Shown here: in pieces, positions 11,729-24,083 of the stretch
How positions within the stretch are numbered: position 1 is the first letter of the stretch
Layout of the letters: each line of letters starts with the position of its first letter
Assembly (NCBI GenBank): GCA_965649765.1
Contig: OZ287753.1
Coordinates: 22,382,001-22,446,000 of the forward strand
Reading direction: 5' to 3'
From: Bispira polyomma
Taxonomy: Eukaryota
DNA: 64,000 nt
Position numbers and translations under genes: made by a program
The notes under the pieces: model-generated
What the model saw: only the letters and a program-made list of their open reading frames with translations
Database searches by the model: none
What the model was told of the DNA's origin: nothing

Positions 11729-14338
11729 TCAAATAGACCAGTCTATGTTTAATGTATTATCTTTTACCTCTACCCATTCCAGTTCAACTATGAGCTTAGC
11801 TAGCCTACTCTGGCTGTCTGAATACAAATGCCACCTAGATAATAGGTCAGCCACAACTTTATTTTTTCCTAAAATATGACTTGTGCTAAAGCTAATGTCA
11901 GCCATTGCTGTTTCCATATGGATATTTCTGGCTATGGCCGCCAAGGTACGGTCTTGAGTTCTACCTAAGTTAAGTATTGTAACCACAGCCTCATTATCAC
12001 AATGTACTAATAACCGTTTGCCTCTCCATTGGTCTTTCCATAGCCTAACTGCGACAAGTATATTGAGCATTTCAAGGTGAGTTATGTGGTAACTATTGTA
12101 ACCTCTGGGAATTTGCTTTTTGTATACCTGGCCATTACAGCAGCCCCCTAGGCCCTCAAGACAGGCATCTAGTTCTATGCAATCAGTGATTGGGCGATGG
12201 TCAAAGAAAGCTTTGCCATTAAAGGTGGGTAAAAATGTACAGAACCAGTTAAGATCCTGACAGAATTCTACTTCTAGGTTTATTACATGTGCACTATAAG
12301 CTGACCTTAGTATCTCTAACATTCTGTTGAGAAATAACCTTGAAACTTTGACACACTTTGAGATGTATAGTAATTTGCCTAGTAATGACTGTAGGTCACG
12401 CTTTTTACATGTACGCTTGCCTTGCCAGGATTGACATAACCCCATGATTTCTTGTAGTTTTCCTGAGGAGCTGAGACTGTGAAATCTACGGTGTTTATAA
12501 GCACCCCTAAGCAGACTACCTGTGCACTTGGACGCACAATTTTCTTTTCACTTATGTCAAAACCTAGGTCATGGAGTAAATGATGTAACAAATCAAAAGA
12601 GTACTGTATTTTAGAGGGAACGCCATAGCCTATAAAGTCGTCTATGTAGTTAGTGACGTCACAATCGTGACGTTGCATGATAAAGCGTACAGCGTCACTT
12701 AGGCACTGGAATATGGCACTTCCGTGCCGAAATCCGAATGGGAGACAAGTATCAACGAAGTACTGTTCATGTTTGAGACCCATAAGGTTGTAGTCCGCAG
12801 GGTCCATTTTGACGTGACGAAAGGCCCTACTAATATCTGTCTTATATAGAAGTGAACCCCGTCCCAATTGACGCACTTTTTGAGTAATGGTATCTATTGT
12901 AGGTAGGGTTAGCACAAAAGGAGTACTCAAATACTCATCTTTGGCTACCCCTGAATTGACCGAACTACCCTGTGGGAAACTGAGGTCTATTATGACCCTC
13001 CTGTGGACTGCCCCAGGCTTTTCTCTGGTCATAAACGGTGATATGTGTAAGTCTCTACATGGTGGTGCTGAGTATGGACCCAACATGGCCCCAAATTTAA
13101 CTTCTTCATCTAGATAAGCCCTGATATCATCTGGGAAATCAGTTGCTGACTTATGATTTTCTTCTTTATGTGATAATTGTTTATTGTTGTCGAAGTCAAA
13201 TGGGAACCCATATCTGATATGGTAAGGCAACTGCTTATCCCAGTAACCCTGGAGGTAGAAGTCCCATCTGTCAGCATTAAGCTGAGATGTTACTTGAATT
13301 TGTTCCCCCCTGAAGTTTGGAAGATTTGAATTTTTGATCTGTTCATGTATGCCAAACAAGGGAGCTGTTGATTTATTTCTTGCATCAAATACAGGAATTG
13401 TGAGGTCTCCCAAAGGAATAAAGCCAAACTTGTCTTGTGTTTGGTTATCCCAATTTTGAAAACATTTATTGGTACGCGCTAACTTCAGGAGTTCTTTAGT
13501 CTTAGGTCTGGCATGCAGTTGTAAGTCATACTTGTCTGAGTTTTGAATTACACTACTTAAGCCCGGGTTTGTGTTACTACCCTGCCGACAGTGGTTGTTT
13601 GCCCTAGTGTGAGTCACACTTAAGGTTTTCCTTTTTGAACCTGTCGCATTAGTGTGAACCGCACTTAAGGTTTCATTGTGTTCAGTGTCACCCAGTGTGT
13701 CCCCATCCCCCTCATTTACCAATGACAATGGAAGAAATCTGTTATGAAAAGTCCCCACATTGTTGCTCCCAATTTTGGGTTTCACACTTTGCCATTGTTC
13801 TTGGAGGGAGGTGCGAATTTTTCACAATAGGACTCACCATTGTGTTGGGGGATTTTTTTACACCTTGTACTTGTGTGTCGGTGTGTTGCACTGAAAAAAC
13901 ATTATTGGTTTCTTTCCTAGACCCATATACTTGTGGCCTAGGTACATTGTAAATACAACTTTTATGAACCTTTAAACAAGAACCACTGGACTGTGGCTTT
14001 TCGACATTTGAACATGTTAAGTGACAATTGGAAGTATTGCACACCCTTTGCTTATTTTTCCCTTCCAAAGTACCTGTGATTTTGCTGAAACCATTTGAAA
14101 GTATTTGGGCATATGTTTTGCCTTGAAACCTTGCCCAGTCTGCTTTCCAATTGTCACTGACATTATGTACACATACACTATTTTGAATCACTCTGGTTCT
14201 AGTATAAGCCTTATTATGTACACTTTTTTTACTTCTATGATTTAGTCCATTTTCATTGCTCGTTTTTACCCTTTTCACAGTGATTTTAGAACATTTACTA
14301 TTTGGCACTGCAATACTGCAGTGCCCTACTCGTTTTTT
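11729..14338 (-). pseudogene. pol: pol (N-terminal region + RT + RNase H) of element 2, frameshifted
   Basis: ORFs 13742-14308, 12379-13785 and 11729-12445 carry RRVIIDLS, LPFG, YIDD, ELDAC, CDNEAVV and ADLLSRW. Confidence 0.92.
14304..14338 (-). promoter_or_regulatory. Putative -1 frameshift signal of element 2
   Basis: Minus strand reads A AAA AAC (14338-14332), the spacer GAGTAG, and the hairpin GGCACTGCA-GTAT-TGCAGTGCC (14325-14304). The -1 frame continues into ORF 13742-14308. Confidence 0.7.
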
Positions 14339-15321
14339 GCACTGCTGTTTTTACGGCAGTCTTTAGCCGAGTGTGGGAAAGAACGGCCTGTGGCATGACA
14401 GTTTGCACATACATGCGCATACAATTGTCCCTTGGTCTCGTGGACCCCTTTCTGGGGACACGAACCCTTCTGAAAGAATTTACACGGGATGGATTTCTCA
14501 CTATTTCTCTTGGGTAGCCCAGAGCCCGAAGTTTGACCCCCCAAAACCTTTTGGGCATGAGCCCTTCTCACCCTATCGATTTTTGAGGTGTCTTGCCAAG
14601 ATAATTTCCCCTCTTCCATCTTACATGTTAACACGGCATGGCTACCTTTGGCCACTACCCAAGTGAAATCGTGAGAGTCTTCCATAAGGTCAGACATATA
14701 TTCAAGCATATGGTTTTTTGTTTCAATGTTTGTTTCTTCTCTAATTATGGAACTAAACCCAGCCACCCACTGGGCCATTGACAACGCATCGTAGGACATT
14801 CTGGACTTATTGCTACCACCTAGGATAAAGTTTTGGGGCCAGGGTACCTGACGCTTCACCCATATTGTTTCCTGACCGCCTCTTTGTGACTGGAACGTAC
14901 CTTGTTCATTAACTTGTTGTAGTTCTCGCAGTCTGCTATCCACGGCCACCTGTAGGTCTGTAGCTTGCCTCAGGGTCTGCAAGGACGGCACCACAGTCTC
15001 ACTCATCTGGGGTGCACTGGATGCTGCCACTGCTGTCGCTGCCTGTGACGCCTGGACGCTGACAGGAATCACACTTGTGTGTGTCCGACTGGGCTCCGTA
15101 ACACTATTCTGTTCATATTTGTCCATGCGTGAGCTCAAGTCATTTAGTTGTTTTAGAATCAACAGGTTAACCTCATTTGACAAGATATTCCCTGAGTTTG
15201 TATCACTGTTCACTACAGAAACACTGTCCATTTCTCTTAATACCACTTTACATTTCTCGTTTATAGGCTTTTGATGGTGTCCACCACATGCCTCACAATA
15301 ATATGTTTTTCTCGGTGCCAT
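14326..15321 (-). CDS. gag: gag-like ORF1 of element 2 (331 aa, intact)
   Basis: CEACGGHHQKPINEKC N-terminal knuckle and a CKFFQKGSC...H...HVCANC...H...C C-terminus. Homologous to the gag of element 1. Confidence 0.88.
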   Translation of the reverse strand: MAPRKTYYCEACGGHHQKPINEKCKVVLREMDSVSVVNSDTNSGNILSNEVNLLILKQLNDLSSRMDKYEQNSVTEPSRTHTSVIPVSVQASQAATAVAASSAPQMSETVVPSLQTLRQATDLQVAVDSRLRELQQVNEQGTFQSQRGGQETIWVKRQVPWPQNFILGGSNKSRMSYDALSMAQWVAGFSSIIREETNIETKNHMLEYMSDLMEDSHDFTWVVAKGSHAVLTCKMEEGKLSWQDTSKIDRVRRAHAQKVLGGQTSGSGLPKRNSEKSIPCKFFQKGSCPQKGVHETKGQLYAHVCANCHATGRSFPHSAKDCRKNSSAKNE

Positions 15322-16696
15322 CTGTATAAATATATGATACGGCTGTTTTGATACCTGTGAATATTGAGTTAGAGGTTTATTTTGTCAGAATTTGAAATAA
15401 AATACCGAAGGATGGTGCGAAAACTGTATACAAAGCCTGATAACGTCCCTCTAATATTGCCCCAACAAGTTGAAGCCAATAATCACAAGACTCAAAACAG
15501 AGTTATTATAGCACAGGAGCGCTGCAACCACTGGATCAATAAGCACAGTCGAGTCCTTCTGTAGACATCTATTTGATTAAAATACTAAAATAAAGACTAA
15601 AATGATTAAGATCCACGAAAAAGTTCAACATTTATTTTTGTGTATTTGCTTAAAATGGCGTCTTGCCACTTCAGATTTAGTTTTTAAAGTGAGGCAAATG
15701 TGTATTTTGGCGCCAGGCTGGGGTTTAATGAGGGCAGGTGACACCAATGAATCTTGGGGTCAATTGGTGAGGGTTACATGCTAGTATTATGTTACCTGAA
15801 GCACTGAACCCACTAGCACCTTCGTGCTACCTAGCATTAGATGAATTGCAATACACATTTACCACTGTATTAAAAATAAGAAGGTGTCGTTTACCCATAA
15901 TTGCACGCACCCAGTGACCCCCTTAACAGTAAAAAAGGACTATTCTGACCTACATTATCATATAGTATTACCTGTAATTATCTTATGCATGTTACTATTG
16001 CCAACAATGTGTGAAAGCAAGATTTACTGATTTCCCACTGTATTTTATAGTGTAGTTCCTGCTGAAAAGTGACATTTAGTGCTCGAAAAAATCACTTGTT
16101 GGGGGAATATACATGTAGTTATAGAGAGGGGCCTTTATTACAGAAAATATGGTGTTTTGGCAATATGGGGTTCTACTCTGTATGTGTGTTTTAGTAGTGA
16201 CCTGCCGCCCTTTTTCGCCTCTTTTTCTTTTTCTTAGCGTCTCCCGGTTCTTCTTGTAGTATAGAGTTGAGGACCTCATCCAGTGCGAGACTGGACTTCT
16301 TGATTTGGTTTAAGTTACATATTGTCACTGTCGGAAAGGCTGTCTCATATTGCTGTAGGATCTGAGTTAGAGAAATAACACAAAGAAAATTGGATAAAAA
16401 CCTCTTTAAGTAGAACTCTGATAAATGGAATGACCTGTTGAGCAGAAATTATTGTAAGGTCCCATCTGCTTTATTTTGAATTAAAATTTACCATGTTAAG
16501 TGGAAGTTCTGTTAAGTTGAACAAATGTTTATGGTCCGTTTAGGTTGCTTCAAAATCAGTTGTGAAATGGCTAAAATATTTAAGTTTAAATACCAATTTT
16601 TTACGTTTTTGCATCACCCATTTACAACTGCACTTCAGCCCCCTAAAGGTTCACCATGTTATGTATGAGCTAGAATGTCTGATAGCCCAGATATCT

Positions 16697-17221
16697 ACGG
16701 ACCTTCTATTATCCAAATAAATTCTCACTCTCCCAAGATGTCTGTAAATTAAAATAGAGGTTCTACTGTACGTTCATAAAATTTAAATTAAATTAATGGT
16801 TCAGATAATAGTAGTTCGGATAAGAGAGGTTTCTGCTGTTAATGTCCCACAATGCAACTGATTTTGTAAAAACTTTGGACAAAATACCTGTAAATAGAAA
16901 TACAGTAGAACCTCTCGTTATCTGAACGTTTTGGGAGAGCAATAAGTTGTTCGGATAATAGGAGGGTCGTGAAATTTCAAGAGGCATTTTAATACATAAA
17001 TGAGGAAACTGTCAACTTGTGAGATTTGTGATTGTGAAATACAGTAGAACCTCTATTATTCTATATTATTTGAGTTTAAAAACACAATTTTACTCTCCCA
17101 AACTAATTTTGTTGCTACTCTTTTGTACTAAAATGCAACTTCTATTTTAGGGACATTCTATTATTCAAACAAATTTTTATTACTCTCCCAAGATGTCCAT
17201 AAAGTAGAGGTTTCTACTGTA
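16697..17221. mobile_element. Cluster of Tc1/mariner-pogo-like MITE pieces (TA-CAGTAGAACCTC termini)
   Basis: TACAGTAGAACCTC at 16901 and 17040; GAGGTT(T)CTACTGTA at ~16770 and ~17221. The same terminus recurs near 28307, 42202 and 52748. Confidence 0.65.
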
Positions 17222-17755
17222 AACAAATATACATGTCTCTACAGTAAAATTAAACTCACAGATATTTTCACACTTGTGTTGTAAGCTAAGTAGGTGACAA
17301 ATATCGTGTAGAAATGGTAAACTAGAAACCCACAAGCCGCAAGAGATCACCAGCCAGAAAATTTTCTTGCAGTAACCTGGAAAAAAAAAGAATGTGTGAA
17401 TATAACTGGGCTCCAAAAGAATCGAAACTGCCCTCTGCCGTATTGTGTACAAGTTTGACAAATTCGGCCATGTCTCACCCTCCCTAAACAAACTCCACTG
17501 ACTACCTGTCGAAGAGCTTCGTCTTTTCAAAACTTTGTTGTGTTCAAAGCTATCAGACTCAACCAACCTTACATGTCCTCACCTTACCCGGCCGAGGAAA
17601 TCACCTGTCTGTTTCCTCAACCCAACCTAATAGGAATTATATCAACAGGCGCTGGTTTGCTGTCGCAGCTACTGTTGAATGGGACAACCACCCACAAACT
17701 GTTAGATCACAGGATACAATTACTGGATACATTGTATTTTCTTAATTACTGACAG

Positions 17756-18344
17756 TAATAGCCCTGTCACACCTACACGTGCTGGAGCTACGTGTGTGTG
17801 TGACGTTTTCATTTGTTTAGAAACCTAGTACAGACGTAGTAGAAGGTAATGCAAAAGTGAGGGTCCCTGATGCGTTCGTTCCTCGACATTGCTCAACAGA
17901 TGATATCGTTCCAGACATGTCTCCGTTTCGTCTGGTACCACAATTATTTCAAACTGTTTGAAAATATCGTGACAGAGCTCTTCGTTTCTCAAGGACGTCT
18001 GCACTCGTTTGTGTAAGTAGCAATAAGTAGTGATTTGTCTCCACTCGTCTGTATTCGTCGTGGAACGTTTCACTAAGCATCATAACACACCAGAACACAG
18101 CCGTAAGTAGCAGTACAGTAGCGCTATGTTGTAGTAGGTAGTGATATCCTACCAGTAAAGTCTTCCTTTTTTTCTCCCGCTCCATGTGTAAAAGTACCAA
18201 CATCAAAACCAAAAGTCCCAAAACGTCACAATCGACTGCCCCTTTGTCAAAATGACGTCACTTTGACACAAAACTACCGTTTTTAGATATATTGCTTTCC
18301 TACATTGTTGGACGATAGCACGTGTAGGTGTGACCAGGCTATTA
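17756..18344. mobile_element. Non-autonomous DNA transposon with ~28-bp TIRs
   Basis: TAATAGCCCTGTCACACCTACACGTGCT ... AGCACGTGTAGGTGTGACCAGGCTATTA. Confidence 0.8.
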
Positions 18345-18419
18345 TAATGCAGCATGGTGAGGGTTGACTGAGCCACAAGAGCCTATGAAAAATTTTGGAT
18401 ATTAAATAGAGTAAGTTAC

Positions 18420-18850
18420 TTGCTGTGTTTTTGGAGTCCTCTATATGATATCAAAATCGAATTTTTCATAGACATACGAGACATATTCATATTTATTCCT
18501 TTTTTTCTCTTACCCATTGTTCTATTTCTTGCCATAATCTTTAACTATTTGGGCAACTTACTAGCAGGTGTGACATTGATTTTCTTTGGTAAGATTGGTG
18601 CCTTAAACTTGGCAGAACCAATAGGAATAACTCCTGTCTTTTCTAACTTAATTTTGAGTCCAAAATAATTGTAGAATGTATCAAATGTTTCTAAGGCATT
18701 TGTTACTGAGGATATATTACTAAGAAAGAGTGAGGTGTCATCAGCAAGTTGGACAATTTTGAATGTCTCGTCCTTTACAGTGATTCCCTTTATCTGATTA
18801 TTGTCTCTAATGTGGTTGGCTATAGTTTCTGCAACTAGGATCATCAGGTA
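18420..18850 (-). mobile_element. L1/Tx1-type LINE RT fragment
   Basis: ILVAETIANHIRDNNQIKGI...QLADDTSLFL...GLKIKLEKT. Confidence 0.85.
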
Positions 18851-19993
18851 TTGTTAATATGAGTTTTTCTTTTGAACTATTCTTAAGGTTACTTATATTG
18901 TAGACAGGGAAGTGTATAACTTGTGGCATCGTTATCAATTACATAATTAGTCATATTTAAAACATTCCTTATTTTTCAAGAGAGAGCAGTTAAATTTCCA
19001 AGTACCTTTGCCCCTTTTAAATTCATTTAGCAGGAATTTGAGTTCTATAATTGAGTGGTCTGATCTGTTAACCTGGTTTGACATTGCCGTCTGTTACGTA
19101 GTCCATTATAGCATTTGATCGATAAAGGAGTCCAGGCAAGCATGCTTAACTGATAAAGATAATATGAATAAAGATATCTTAATATTTATGTCTTTCAATT
19201 TATTTTCGTTTATCAATGAACAAGTTACGTGAGTGAGGGTACTTTATATGTTTATAGTTATGCGAGTTGAGTTCTGGATCTTCCGTCCGGTTCATTAAGC
19301 AGATTTGTAATGGCGAGGGTGTCGAAACGGCCCTCAACATTATGTTAAAACTCTATACCTTTTGCATTGCTGACATGGGGTATTCTGTGTGCTGTCGTGT
19401 CTTTTTGGAAGCCAGCCCAGAGATCTTTATGGGCTAAGTCCTCTTTGCTTCGATCTTGGGCCGTGTGATACTGATACATGTCCCTGTCTCTTTGCCGTTC
19501 AAATCTCCTGAGCAATGAGGTACTAAAAGCAATGATGTGGTCTCGTTCTTTTTTTGGCTCTCAAAATGATTTTTTAACTGTGGTGATTCCTCACCAGCAT
19601 GCATTTATTGCTCGCTTTTTCCCTTTTTCTTTTTTGACTCTTAAAATGATATAAATATGGTGATTCCTTACAAGCACTTGTTAGTTGCTAAATGTTTCCC
19701 CCTTTTTCTCTTAACTTTGTAGCGTGTTTATTTAATAAAAGCTACACAATGTACAATGAGGAGCATAGGTTCCAATGCTGTAAATACGAACAGTCAGAAT
19801 ACTAACATTCTAGAAAAACAAAACAAAATTAGAAAGGTTATCAGCACCCTACGAAATGCCCTCACTTTCGTATGCAAATATTATTACAGCTTTTTCTTTG
19901 CAAATTTTACCTGTTTTGTCAAATAATACCAATTAGAGCTATGCTTTTTTTTAAATCATTAAACGCTAACAAGTGTGTCCAAATTTTTAAACC

Positions 19994-20347
19994 TAAAAGC
20001 CGAATATACCTGGCCGATTTTGCGTCCGAATCCGGCATCCGTTTATGTCATTCAAAAAAATATAAATAAAAAATATAACATAAGATAAAGTAGAATACAC
20101 CTGACCTATGGCTCCTTTAAATTGGGAGCCGGATTTTCACAATCTGTCAAACAATGACGGACGGGAATATAAGGTAAATTTCATTGTTTTCTGAGGTTGG
20201 TGACAGTTTTATGTATCAAACAGTATTGTATACTAGAAAAACGGCCGGTTTTTCGAATGTAGTGTATCTGCAAATTAAGGCATGGTATTATGACAGGAAT
20301 AGAGGACGGATTCGGACGCAAAACCGGCCAGGTATAATCGCCTCTTA
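19994..20347. mobile_element. MITE with ~40-bp TIRs
   Basis: TATACCTGGCCGATTTTGCGTCCGAATCCG at ~20005 is the reverse complement of CGGATTCGGACGCAAAACCGGCCAGGTATA at ~20306. Confidence 0.8.
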
Positions 20348-20699
20348 AGTAAACTAAAAAAACTACCTTATGTTATCAATAACAGACTTAGTGTGCTTAA
20401 TCTTTGTGATGAATAGTTTCTATTTATATTAGTTTTTAATCCGTATCAAATTTTATATAAATCTATACATTGCTTCATGTTAATGGCGATTGTGTGACAA
20501 CAAGCTACAATAAGTCAGTCAATATTGAGTTTAGAGTTCAGCCCTTTAATGGTATATTGGTCAACTTTATTCATTCAGCGACGCTATTGAAAATTGTCAA
20601 AGCATTGCATTTCACCTGATAATTGGGTTTTCTGCATTGTCAATGTGAGCCCTTTTCACGAAGAAGTGACATTTTTTTCACTTACTTTTCTTAAAGTAC

Positions 20700-21200
20700 T
20701 TAACCCAAATCTGAATTCTCTGTAACTCTAGATACAGTAAACCTATCTGAAATCTGACTTCATATTTGAATTTACCGCTAAAAGTTCTATTGAAATGAAT
20801 GGTCACAAGTACAGGTTATTTCCATGCACAAGATTTTCTACATTTAATTTGCTAATATTTGAGTTGAGTGTGAGTTTAAGGCATAATATTTTTGTTAAAT
20901 TCTCAATTATCGCCTTTATATCTTATTTTAGATATGCACGAGAAGTCCACTTATCCGACCTCCGAAAATTGCCTGATAAGGGCAATAATTGAGGATTTAT
21001 TACTTGAAGTCGGATAAGTAGACTCCTTGTGTATATCTACAATCTAACTTCAGATATTTGAATTTAGTGTTGAAAGCTCTATTAAAATGAATGGTCACAA
21101 CTTAATAAGGTTATTTCTATGAACGAGGATGTCCACATGGACTATATGTTAGTTGAGTAATCAGTTTTGAGCACGACTTTATTCCCAGAATAGCAGCCCA
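20700..21200. mobile_element. Two degenerate copies of the 58484 MITE family flanking a small palindromic element (20930-21038)
   Basis: The core CTATT(G/A)AAATGAATGGTCACAA...GGTTATTTC occurs at ~20787, ~21077 and ~58614. AGATATGCACGAGAAGTCCACTTATCCGAC pairs with GTCGGATAAGTAGACTCCTTGTGTATATCT. Confidence 0.7.
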
Positions 21201-21869
21201 GAGATCTATAAAATGTTAGTGTTATGGACTGAGTTTGAGGTGTAAAAGTTGAATTGATTTTTTTTTATACAATAGACCAATACAGATGTCATTCATTTAC
21301 AATAATCATTATAAAGCAAACATCACTAATTATGGATTATCAAACATCAAGTATGTTATTTTAACAGAAATACACTTACAAACAATTCTGACATCTGGCA
21401 TACAATAGGTTATATAATTTAGCTTGACAATAATACAGAATTAACACAGGGGTGGTTTCATTATTTGTCATTCAGTGACATCAGTTATGAAAGGTACATT
21501 AATAAAGATTATGTTTTACCAAGAGAGATATATGTTATTGTAAGGTTGACCTTACTCATTTATTAATAATTTGCCCCTGTTCCACTGTCAATAATTATAC
21601 TAATAATAATAACATATTTTAAAATGCCCCCAATAATCCGGCGGTCACCCCAAGTGATCTTTAGGGACCCAACGATCCAACTGCGATAACCGAGGCCCCA
21701 GGGGATCCCCTCTCACCGATCATAAATATCAGTCTGGGTGACCTCCCTGATCGTAAATATCAGTCTGGGTGACACCCTGTTTGACTGATCTCCTCTGTTT
21801 GTTTAGGGTTTTGGGCATAAAAGGTCATTTTTTCCCATGTTCCGGACAGTTGAATTTTTTTTTTTCAAA

Positions 21870-21980
21870 GAGCAATCTTTACAATCGGGGTATCACCCCA
21901 GTTGATCTTAACAATCGGGAAATCCACCAAGGTTGATCTTAAAAATCGGGGAAGCCACCCAGGTTGATCTTTACAACAAT
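21870..21980. repeat. Short tandem repeat with ~32-bp unit (GATCTTAACAATCGGGAAATCCACCAAGGTT)
   Basis: Three to four imperfect copies are visible. Confidence 0.6.
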
Positions 21981-22504
21981 GAGGATTCCATTTTGTTGTT
22001 TTAGGGGGATGGGAGAAGAAATACACCCAGATCAACCAGGGTGGCATTAGGGTTACTCTGGGGAACTCCCGATTATTCGGGCCCAGAGGGGATGGGATCG
22101 GGGCTTTGCAAGCATTAACTTGGGAACATTAATCACTTGTGGATGTTTTGTGGATGATCTGGTAACTGTGCAGAGCGATAAACCTGACAAAACCTAACAG
22201 GATTTGTGTCAAATCTCACCTTAGTTTCAGAAGGGTCTTGAGTGATCATTCGATACCACAACATTAACACAGTCTCCTTTACTGTCATATTTGGCTACGG
22301 CACCCTTCACAGTGTAAAGGGTGAAAAGGAAGTTATGCCCCTTGCCACCGGATGCCACTGGGTGGGTTAACACCCAGTCTGGTGGCTTTCTCATTACCCA
22401 GTTGTTAACTACCTTACTACCTTGCTTGCTATGCTTTACGATTGGATCATTGATTCTGCTGTTGTGCTTTAGAAGATGCCTGGCATCAATAAAGCACGTT
22501 AAAA

Positions 22505-22950
22505 ATGCATAATAATGACCTCAACTTTGTATTTTTCATGTCAATTTTAGAGCATCTCAAAGTCAAATTGTTCATGCGAGCTTTAGCTCACAACCTTCCA
22601 TATACCCCAGGAAAAAAAAAAGTCATAATTGTGAACATGTTACGTCAGTTGGTTTATAAGTGTGATACTATTAAGCATGGTGTAGTGTATAAAGTGTTAT
22701 TTTTAATTTCCTTCTTTGGGTTCTGAGGATTTCTCGTGTTTTGCCTGATTCACTCAGCCAAGTGGTTGACCCAAGATTATTAACACATGGGGATGTGGCC
22801 TTAAAAAATTACATTTGTATCATCACTTTGAAAAGGGGGAAAACTATGCAGCGTTATGACGCAATTTACAAAATTAAAATTCCTTATTTGGGCAATTCTT
22901 CTTTGTGCCCGATCAAGGCCCTTTTTGTAATGTTTACAAGAATACCTTTT
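22505..22950 (+). pseudogene. Old relic of a third YR-retrotransposon tyrosine recombinase
   Basis: KKVIIVNMLRQLVYKCD...VYKVLFLISFFGF / LTHGDV...GKTMQ...KIPYLGNSSLCPIKAL aligns with the YR proteins of elements 1 and 2. Confidence 0.8.
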
Positions 22951-23498
22951 ACATCATCATGGAGCTGTTAATCGAAGCCTTCGTTACGCTTCGTTAAGAT
23001 TTCGTTATGTCTTGGTTCAGGTTTAGTTTGGAAAGTATTGGCAAAATAGAAACTTTCTTTGGTTGTTCGTCAGTTAATTATGTTCGTAAAACCCCCAAAA
23101 TTTAAAAACGTCTAAACAGCATGAAAATGGTAATTATGCAATGTATTTTGACTTCTGTATCCAATATAGCCCATAAAAATCTATAGAATAATATATTGGG
23201 TCCCCTCTTTATTTGCCAATGCACTGGTACATATTCATCATGATATGGGTCATACAATTTATTGGGAGATGTGGATGAGTACATTGTGTTTCACTATATT
23301 TCAAAGTTCTAGATATATGATACACAGAACTTGTTGTCACACTTGATGGATCAATAACTCTGCAAAAGGCGTATAAATGCTTGGTTTTTGTTAAAGGGGC
23401 ATACTTTCCACATTGATATTATAACCACATCCTATGATGTCATAGAACCATATTAGTTAAACCTTCGTTTGGCCTGAACTAACGAAAACCCAACCAAT

Positions 23499-24083
23499 TA
23501 GGCTGTTCTACTGGTAGCGCTTCAGATACTTATCTGTGAACTCCGCCCACCTGCGTATTAACAGAGATACTTGACTATTATGGTACCAGTCGCACAGGAA
23601 AAATAAATATCTACTACCGAAGACCAATGGAAATTGACGAAGGAAATATTCGTGGTTTACGAAGTGCCTGGTGGGCGATATAGCAATATTTTACATAAAA
23701 AAACAATACTTTCAGGCATCCTAACCTATATGTCAAAATAAAGATCCATATAAGATATTCATTCAAGCAAATATTTGTGGGCATAAGGTAATATTTGATT
23801 AAATTTTCATTATTATATAAAGCGCAACATATGGTGGTTGACGTGGAAAACAACTAAATATCCTCAATGGAAGTCCAGACTTCAGAGTGCTTTCTATTAA
23901 AACCTATTAACCTTATATTTGCAAGATAGTCATGTGATTTATTTAGAAAGTTAACCAGCGAGTTATGTGTATAACTTTGGTACTTATCTTTTTTGAATAT
24001 TGACCAGACGAACATTGAGAGATACTTATCTTTCTTTCAGATTAAATAAGATACGTATCTTTCCTACCAGTCGAACGTGGCTA
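23499..24083. mobile_element. Probable MITE with degenerate TIRs
   Basis: GGCTGTTCTACTGGTAG...AGATACTTATCT matches AGATACGTATCT...CTACCAGTCGAACGTGGCT, and subterminal GATACTTATCT motifs repeat. Confidence 0.55.

Larger units (their letters stand above)
10265..15850 (-). mobile_element. Second, diverged Ngaro-type YR retrotransposon (3' repeats apparently truncated; ends approximate)
   Basis: gag, RT/RNaseH and YR occur in the same order as in element 1 and are homologous at protein level. No second copy of its 5' end is seen downstream. Confidence 0.88.

Noticed and set aside
19300-19345. Possible minimal hammerhead ribozyme (CGAAACGGCCCTC)
   Set aside because: The CUGAUGA core is absent and the cleavage-site stem is mismatched. 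At best it is an unrecognisable relic.
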